A program made the position numbers and the translations under genes. 64,000 nt of DNA from assembly GCF_009914755.1 (NCBI RefSeq), contig NC_060947.1; one strand, written 5' to 3'. Shown one piece after another: positions 54,336-64,000 of this stretch. The stretch's first letter is position 1, and each line of letters starts with the position of its first letter. The notes under the pieces were generated by a model. The model did no database searches and was not told where the DNA came from. It saw only the letters and a program-made list of their open reading frames with translations. The stretch is from the human T2T-CHM13v2.0 reference genome, Homo sapiens.

Positions 54336-57300
54336 TGATCTGATCTGAATTGCCTGGGACAATAGTGAGGCAGATTAATTAAGATAAAGATTGACAAAAG
54401 GGCTAGTCTCTTGGCTCAATTCCCTCCTGGAGACCCAAAGCTTTTAGCACAAGAGTAGGTAGAAGAAAAATCAGGTACCTTTTTTACCTACAAGAGGTAG
54501 GTAGCTTTTTACCTACAAGAGTAGGTAAAAAAAAAAAAAAAAAAAAAAAAAAATCAGGAGTTGGAGAAGTTTCTTTGTTGTTGTTGTTGTTGTTATTTGT
54601 TTTGTTTTTTGAGGGTTTTTTTTCCTTAGAGAAATTTCTAGAACTCCTTGATACAGAAGCTCCATGCACTGTGGTAGCAAAACCCACTGGTGAACTCCTG
54701 ACTTGAGCTATAATTAGATTGAGAGGACATAAAAATGTGCATGTTGATAGGATTAAGAAAGTTGGAAGGTTTTATCAGGCTTTATGTAAAGAAGTTGTGC
54801 CTCCTTTACCTGAATGTTTTATTGGAATGTTATATTGTTATATATATATATAGTTATATATATATATATAGTTTTATTGGAATATTATATCTAGCTGGGG
54901 GATACTTCCTCTGCCTAGTATTGTAAAACAAAAACTGATGATAAAATCCTCATGAAGGTTATAGTCATGAATGTAAGGCTTGATAGAATTAAGGTAAATG
55001 TTTGTAGGAAAATTGATATGTTGAACTGGCTTTATGTGAAGTGGTTGTCGCTTTTACCTGATGGCATTATGGAATAGATATTGTATCTTACTGGGGAATG
55101 TTTCCCCTACTTAGTATTATAAAACAGAAGACATGTAAACCTGCCCTTCAAGTAATAATTGGACATGCTAAATGGGAACCAGTAACATTATCCAAGCCCA
55201 AACAATATAGAGTAGAAGCTGGAGTGGCGGTATGAACAAATAATCTGTGTGATAACCCTGTTTGGAACGTATACTGGGGCTTATGGTAAAAGCCTGTGAG
55301 TGCCTCCCAGTGACATCTACTGGAATTACGGACTAGAGAATTTCCATCAGAGAGATAATTATGGACTTGCTGTTGAGCTTTGAGACTGCCTCAATGAATA
55401 AAGAACATAAAATAATCTTGAAACTTGAAATACCCATGATGTCTTGAGTGATGTCAGATCAACACTCTAATGGAGATGACAGTACCCAAAAGAATTCCAT
55501 AATAAAATGGATATAATTTATACAGGATCATGTGACCTGGAGAATGGAAGGAGAAGATACTCAAAAGCAGGGAGCCTCTTTTCCCCTAGGACGGAATCTG
55601 GAACGACAGCTCTCCACTGACCAACAAAGAGCTATTTGGTTTTTGGATGGCAATTCTAAGATGAATGGACAACATCCTGCTTGGAAGGCCACCACTCTGA
55701 TTGAAGAAGGTAAGAAATCTACTCAGTGAGCTGAACTTTATGCTGTCTTCCTATCAGTAATTGAAGAATTGAACAGTGGTAAAAAGCCACCGTATTTGGG
55801 TTTTTACTTACTCATGGACAGTGGCCAATGGCCTGGACACATATTTAGGGAGGAGAGAAATGGAAACCTGGCCTATTAAAGGGATACCATACAGGAATCC
55901 CCATAGGGCCAAAAATCTGAAGGGTGTACTAAAGTAGGACATGTCAAGGTCCATCAGAACTCACTTCCAGGTATGGAAGGTGATTGGAATCAACAAACAG
56001 ATATCCTCATGTGCTTGCTTGAGGTGGCCATCTGGGTCCATGAAATAAGTGAATCTGAGAGTACTACAGCTATGCAGAAATAAGCTGAATCTACATATAT
56101 TCATCTTATAGCCTCTGAGGTACAAATTGTCAATGAAAACTTTTCTGTCCGTCAGCAAAAGAGATAGATACCTCAGGTGATTATATGGCAGAGTCCCTTG
56201 TTGGAAGACCCTGAACATAGCTGGCAAGTGACACTGATGCTGGTAGCCCTGGTGGCTACAAATGGGTCTTAACAGAAATAGACAGTGAATCTGGACTGGG
56301 ATTTGCTTACCTGGTAGAAGACAAAAATGTTCAGAATGCTGTGAAAGAACTGAAATACAAGATATTGCACCAATTTGAACTTCCAAGTTATACTTCTTCA
56401 AGGAACATACTATGTAGCCCACAATGCTTCATATGGGCAGAGACTTGTCTGCCTCAAAGTAATAGTTTGATAGAAAATTTGAGTGGGCAATTGAAACACT
56501 GGTTATTTAAGATGGGAGATATAAGACTGAAAGGCTGGCTTACATGTTTTCATGAGTGTGAGTTCACACACAACATGAGGAAGGCAAAGGGAGTGTCTCC
56601 AATAGATAAATTATCCTGTTTTCCCCCGGAGAAGGAGGGAGGATGCCAGTATGATGACTATACTTTATTTTTCTTTCTTTCTTCCCTACATCTGCTTAAC
56701 TTTGCTTTTTCTGACTGAGGCAGTGGCCACAGGACCAAAGCAGCAGCTACAATAGCCAGAAAAAAGGTTGATTCCAAACAAAGGAGCTGTACCCATATTT
56801 TTAAATCTTTATGTCAGAATTACAAAGAGCCTGTTGGGGTGGGTTGTGTCTTTAACTTGTCCAGAAAAAAGAATGGGATTAAGAGTAAATGCAACTGTAC
56901 TGCCTAGTGATCAAGATAGCTCACTAGTTCTTTATTTATGTAACCCTACCTTATATGAATGAGAGTGGACAGAGGGAGAGATACTTGCCAAACTAATATT
57001 GTTGCCTGCAATCTAGAAAAGCACAGTGGCAGAACTTAATGTCCTTTTCATTAAGGGTATTATTTTGGGTGTTAATGAAGAGAAAGAGAAATAATAGCTG
57101 AGGATAAAAAATTAAAAATGGGTTATGTAAAGAGGAAAATCCAACATTATATTAATACCTCAGAAGAGGCTCAGAGGAATAGACCATATTATCTCTTAGC
57201 TCAATTATACCAGATGCCTGAAAGCGTGAAGCTATGTTTGTTGCATTTGTTTGAAACCTGACAAGATCGAACGAAAGTCTGTAAACCTGAGTTAATTCAC

Positions 57301-57442
57301 TCTGGGAGACATTTTCATACATATAATAAAGGACTAGATGAATTATTAATGACTGAATAGAACAGTAGTAATGTGTCAGTACTTTTTGTCACTATGATCC
57401 TTGTATTAGAAGAGATCCATGGTCAAAGATCAGGGGTTGCCC
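54336..57442 (+). mobile_element. ERVL internal region (MER21-int-like), decayed pro/pol; 5' LTR absent
   Basis: RNase H-like remnant LSTDQQRAIWFLDGNS, integrase-like remnant IENLSGQLKHWL, PPT-like AGGGG before the LTR. Confidence 0.75.
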
Positions 57443-58026
57443 TGTGGTATAATGTAAAATATATTTGGTCTTTGTTCCTGGTTCCTATCATAGAACTCCT
57501 AAAACTCCTGGAACTTCCAGAGTGATAGGAGTATGTTTTGTTATTCATAATGAGCCCCTTTGATAACTCTGGAGTTTATGATAATGAAGTTACTTAGGCT
57601 GGGTCCCTTGGATAGCCTCAGGATGGGGCCAGTCACCAGAAAGACCAAACGATTAGAGGATTAGAGGGTTAGAATTTTTATTCACACCCACTAACTTCTG
57701 GGATGTGAAGGAGTGCTGTGGATCAAGTTCTGTAACAACGCTTGGACAACAAGATATGATGAGCTTTTGGGTTGCTGAACATGCAGAAGGGAAGTCTTGT
57801 AGAGCTAAGCCCTCAGCCTGTGAGATCTGGCACCATATCCAGGTAGTCTGGCTGTAACTTCTGTCCTCCTGAAATGGTTAAAATCAAGCTGTAACTCAAC
57901 CACCTGGGACAGATATTCTCAGGACCTCCTGAGGCTGTGACATGGATCATGGTCCTCACATTTGGCTCAGAGTAAATCTCTTCAAATCTTTACAGAGTTT
58001 GGCTTTTTTTTTTTTTTAAATCAACA
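57443..58026 (+). mobile_element. MER21-type 3' LTR
   Basis: TGTGGTATAATGTAAAATATATTTGGTCTTTGTTCCTGGTTCCT...GGTCCTCACATTTGGCTCAGAGTAAATCTCTTCAAA...CAACA. Confidence 0.8.
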
Positions 58027-58617
58027 ATGCCAAACGATCTTCAACAAGGGTTCCAAAATTATTTAATGGGGAAAGTGCAGTGTCTTTAACAAAGAATGTT
58101 AATAAAAAAGGTATCATCCACATGCACAAGAATGACAAAAAATAACTCAAAATGGATTAAAGTCCTAAATATAAGATCTAAAACTATAAAACTCCCAGAA
58201 CAAAAATATAGGGGAGAATCTTTATGATGTAGGACATGACGATGATTTCATGGATTTCATCAAGAGCATAGGCAACAAAAGCAAAAATAGACAAGTGAGA
58301 TTATGTCAAACTAAAAAGTTTCTGCACAGCAAAGGAAAAAATCAACAGAGTGAAATGGCAACTATAGAATAGGAAAAATATTTATACATTTTATATCTAA
58401 TAAGGGTTAACATCCAGAATATAAAAATAACTCCTACAGCTCAACAACAAAATCAAATAACCTAATTAAAAAATGGGCAAAGTACTTGAATAGACATTTC
58501 TCTAAAGATGATATACTATCAAGAATAGGAAAAAATGCTCAGCATTGCTAATTGAGAAATGCAAATCAAAACCACAATGAGATACCACCTCACTCAACAG
58601 AGGGAAAAGACAATCTA

Positions 58618-58973
<356 letters not shown>

Positions 58974-58985
58974 AAGAAATACTTA

Positions 58986-59303
<318 letters not shown>

Positions 59304-60339
59304 AAAACTCAATAGCAAAATACTAACAACCTGATTAAAACATGAGCTAGGGACTTTAATAGACATTTTTTCAAAGAAGACATACAAATGGCCAACAGGT
59401 ACATGAAAAGATATTCAAGTCACTAATCATCAGGAAAATGCAAATCAAAACCACAATGAGCTATCACTTCACACCTGTTAGAAATGCTACTATCAAAAAA
59501 CCTAAAGACAAGTGTTGCTAAGGATATAGAGAAATTGGAGTCCTTGTACACTGTTGATAGGATTGTTAAATGGTGCAAGCACTGTGGTGGAAAACAGAAT
59601 GGAAGTTCTAAAAAAATTAAAAATAGAACTACCATATGATCGAGCAATCCCACTTCTGGATATGTACCCAAAAGAATTGAAAGCAGGACGTCAAAGAGAT
59701 ATTTGCACACTGATGTTCAAAGCAACATTATTCACAATAGCCAAGTGGTAAAAGCAACCCAGTTGTTCATAGACAGATGAATAGATAAGTAAAATGTGTT
59801 ATATATAATCACTCAGCCTTAAAAAGGAAGGAAATTCTGTCATATACTACAACATGGGTGAACCACAAGGACATTATACTAAGTGAAAAAGCCAGTCACA
59901 AAAGGCAAATACTGCATGATTCCACTTATATGAAGTATCTAAACTAGTCAAATTAACGGAAACAGAAAGTAGAATGTTGGATACCAGGGGCTGGGGCAAT
60001 AAGGAAAGGGAAAGTTGTTTAATGGATATGGAGTTTGAGATTTGCAAGGTGAAGTATTTCTAAAGATCTGTTTCACAACAATGTAAATATAATTATTACT
60101 GAATTCTACATTTAAAAATGTTTATGATGGTACATTTTTAATGTGTTTTTACTACAATAAAAAAATTCCACATCACTGGGACCCTCGGTTTTAAACATGA
60201 TACAGCAACTTTATAGAAATTGGGATTAGCTTGATTGAGGAGGGCATTAATATGTCATATGTTTAGGAAGAAAGGATCAAAGGGATATTTCATGCCACAC
60301 GTTCACTGTAGCATACATATTTACAGCTTTCCAAATATC

Positions 60340-60657
60340 AACATGATCTACCACACTTCTTAGATCCCTATAGTTAAACAGAGACATATGACTTGTTCAC
60401 AACAATGGATGTTTACTTCCATCCTGAAGCATTTAATTTCTATTGAGAAACTCTTCAGTGATTTCTTAATGCTTAGAGCAATTGAAAAGGCCAATGTTTC
60501 TGTATTGGAGCCTCCATCAACCTGGATTCCTGAGTTACTGATGGGGAGCAAAGCCATACAGTAACCTACGTTAGACATGTGGCATAAACGATAAATTTTT
60601 TGTTTTATTAAGTTATTAAGATTTGTTAGTAAATATAGGTTATGCTGACTAATGTAT
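60340..60657 (+). mobile_element. MLT1J-like LTR fragment
   Basis: GAAGCATTTAAT, GCCTCCATCAACCTGGATTCCTGAGT, terminal CTGACTAATGTA. Confidence 0.6.
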
Positions 60658-61357
60658 GATGAGATTACCCTAAGTGTTTCTTTAAAAATAACTGCTTCCA
60701 TGATCTGAGATTATATAGATATGCTTAGGGAATCTTGCCTTCACCAAAGGAAATTCCTGATCAAGAAAGGAACAGAATCAAAAGAGTAAAAAGAAAAGCT
60801 CAAGCATTAATCATATAGAAAGACAAATTCAGAAGAGCTCAGAAAATTGAAACCTCAGCTCTCATCTTACTTAGCTGATCTTTGTCCCATTGACACCCAA
60901 AGGTTAAGTGCTTTAGAGTCAAGAAATTCATATTCACTCATGTGCTTCTAGGGAAGGAAATGATCCAGGGCCCAAATTTAATGAGAATCTTCTTTGTCTT
61001 GGAAGTTTTCATGAATAATTGTTCCTCCATATTTATCTTTTATTCTTCCACAGTATTGTTATTTCAAATGGAAGATCATTTATATCTGTATTGGTGGTAA
61101 TATTTTTTTCCTTAAGAACACTTTTGCCCTTTGTTCCTTTTTAGGCACTGACTCTCATGAAACCTAATTCTTTTTTAGAAATATGTTGACACTTCTAAAA
61201 TAGTTCCACTGCCCTAACCAAAACAAAGAAACAAACAAATAAAAACAAATATAGGCTCTAACTTTTAATCAGACATATTATTTCATGGACATTTCCCCCA
61301 ATTTTTTAAAACGCAGTTTCCTTTAAAAATGAATTTTAGAACATGATGGTTTTTTTT

Positions 61358-61790
61358 TAGCCAGTGGTGGCCATGAAAGTGCATTGCTTAGAGCTCTTTC
61401 TGTGGGAGGCATAATGGGCTCCCAGCCCCAGCTGCTGCTCAATGGATTCACCACTGTACTTAGGCCCAAACCACACTTCTTTCTGTCTGCTTGCTGACAA
61501 TGACTGAGCATAGTAGAGGTACTAATGCAAGTTTATTCTGACAAGATGGGACTTCTCTGTCAAATGACTTTGGTCCAACGTCTTCCTTCAGCCTGACCAA
61601 TCCATTCTTGAAAATGTGCTTTAATCTGAGTCTCTTTCTCCTTCATTACCTCTTTCATTCCACAGTTATCAGACATGAAACATGGTCTAAAGGCCAGCCC
61701 CATCTTTTCTTTGTCACTCCCTGCCCAAAAAAAAAATTTATATGTCAAATCCTGTCTGAACATTTATTTGAAAAGACATAAAGTAACTTT
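61358..61790 (+). mobile_element. LTR16-like ERVL LTR
   Basis: CAGCCCCAGCTGCTGC...CAATGACTGAGCAT...GATGGGACTTCTCT motifs. Confidence 0.6.
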
Positions 61791-62394
61791 CTTGCAGATC
61801 CCTGATTTGGTAGTTTCTACACCTCCCGACCATCTAGTAGCTTTAATGAAAAAATAAAAAAGAAAAAACCATTAAGGCAACTAAGCTATTTGGCATCTGA
61901 AATAATACTATGTTTGAAAAAAATATTTATTGTTATCAGGTTACTTTTGTTCTAATGGATTTTCTTGGAGAGAGATCCTAAAGCCCAAACCTTGAGAGTA
62001 AGGAGTGGAGTACATCTTGAAGTGTCAAGAAATTCCAACTGACAACAGGAATTATTTTGGGAAGCATACTCATACAGGGGCTAGGGATCTAAGATTTCCT
62101 GGTGGAAAAGAGGTGGAGAAGAGGAAGGCAAATTTTCCACAGTATAAGAAGTCTAGGAGTTTTATGAAGTGGCAACCAGTACAGAACTCCTAAACAAAGG
62201 CTTAGTTCAAACTCTCAGAGATATTAATGTATTTTTCTCAATTTTCCATTCTGTAATACCTTTTATGATGCCCAAGCCATCAGCAAGGATTTGTTAAACT
62301 TTAACAATATTTATGTATATATCCTTTACCAGGAGCCAGGAATTTTTTTCTATGCTTCATGTAAGTAACCTATTTAATTCTTAGCACACTCTTG

Positions 62395-63870
62395 ATTATT
62401 CTTATTAAAAGTTTGTCAATTTTGTTGATCTCTTCAAAAAATCAACTTTTGTTGATTTTGATTTTCTCTATTGTTTTTTCTATCTTTTTATTTTATTTAT
62501 TTTTGCTATAATCTTTATTATTTCCTTCATTTTGCTTGTTTTAAGTTTAGTTTGCTCTTATTTTTTACTTCCTCAAATTGTCAAGATAGGTTACTGAGAT
62601 CTTACTATTTTTTTTTTAATGTTGGTATTTACAGCCATAAATTTCCCTCTAAGCATTGCTTTCACCGCATCCCATAAGTTTTGGTATGTTGTGCTTTCAT
62701 TTCCATTTATTTTAAAGTAAAGCCTAATTTCTTCTAGGATTTTTTTTCTTTAACTCATTGGTTATTTACAAATGTGTTTTTACATTTCTACATATTTGCA
62801 AATTTGTCAAATGTCCTTTGTTGTTGATTTCTAATTTAATTCCATCATTGTCAAAGAAGACACGTCATATAATTTCAATCATTTAAATGCATTATGACTT
62901 GTTTTATGACCTAACATATGATCTATATTCAAGAATGTTCCATGTGTACTTGAGAAGAATGCATATTCTGTTCTTGTTGAGAGCAGTGATTTATGAATTT
63001 CTCTTAGATCTAGTTGAATGATAAGATGTTCAGGTTTTCTATTTATTTTTTGATCTTCTGCCTAGTTGTTTTATCCATTATTGAAGGTGGGGCATTGAAG
63101 TCTCAGACTACTATTGTTAACCTGTCTGTTTCCACCATCAATTCTCTGTTTTTGTTTCATGTATTTTGGAGCTTTGTTGTTAGGTGCACATATGTTCATA
63201 ATTATTTTATCTTTTTAATGGATTGACCTTTTTATCCTTTTTATCACTCAAAATATCCTTTTTCTCTACTAACAATTCTTTTGAAGTTCATTTTGTCTAT
63301 ATTAGTATAGCCACTCCAGCTCTCTTCTATTACTATTTTCATGGTATATATTTCCATTCCTTTACCTTCAATCTACTTGTACTTTTGAATCTATATGTGT
63401 CTATTACAGACAGCATACAGTTAAAGTCATGTTTTCTTCCCATTCTGCTAATGTGTGCCTTTTATTTGGAGTGCTTAATTCATGTTCATATAATACAATT
63501 ACTAATGAGGTAGAATTCATGGCTGCCATTTGCTATTTGTTTTTTATATGTCTGATGTCCTTCTCAGCTTCTCTTCTTCTTCATTACTCTTGTCTTCTGT
63601 GTCAAATAGATATCTTCTAGTGAACCATTTTAATTCCTTTGCTTTTTAAATTATGTATTTTTATTACTTTCTTAGTGGTTGCTCTTGAGATTACAATTAG
63701 CATTCTTTATAGTAACAACTTAGTTCATATTAATACCAACTTGGTATCACTTATATACAAAAAAAATTTGCTTTTATCCTTTGTGCATTTTTGTCATACA
63801 AATTACATCTTCATACATTGTGTTTCTTAATTAGTACTTATGTAGTTGTGTTTTAAATTAGATAGAGGAA
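62395..63870 (-). mobile_element. Ancient L1M ORF2 (endonuclease region)
   Basis: Antisense hallmarks TTTGTCAATTTTGTTGATCTCTTCAAAAAATCAACTTTT and GTACTTGAGAAGAATGCATATTCTG. Confidence 0.85.
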
Positions 63871-64000
63871 AATCTGCAATGCTACTGAGTAAGCTAAACA
63901 CCTCCAGCCCACCAAATGAAGTAATCTTAAAGTGCCCATGATGGTACATCACCAGCAAATGGTTCTTGAACAAGATCTCCTAGCTCAATACCTACTTAGA

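Noticed and set aside
55961-56962. ORFs of 64-153 aa as an intact retroviral gene
   Set aside because: Fragmented pol/integrase remnants or antisense frames of a decayed ERVL

Overview
AT-rich, CpG-poor primate (human-like) genomic DNA, mostly made of decayed transposable elements. These include several LINE-1 copies (L1PA, L1PB and L1M lineages), Alus, MIR/L2, MaLR and ERV LTRs (MST, THE1 provirus, MER9, MLT1/2, LTR8, MER21 with internal sequence), a near full-length HSMAR2 mariner, and a 2.2 kb AT-rich simple-repeat block. I see no intact protein-coding gene, RNA gene or CRISPR array; the longer ORFs I checked are TE fragments or low-complexity artefacts. Repeat subfamily names come from my recall of consensus sequences and need RepeatMasker/Dfam confirmation. 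The most notable unexplained signals are: (1) two candidate same-phase + strand terminal exons encoding ...AKQSV* and ...DLSKL*; (2) a tiny TSD-flanked polyadenylated retrocopy; (3) a probable old L1 3' transduction carrying a 170-bp repeat dimer; (4) a PATRR-like inverted repeat; (5) two apparent local duplications pasted into L1 5'UTRs. I found no convincing evidence of a new multi-gene system.
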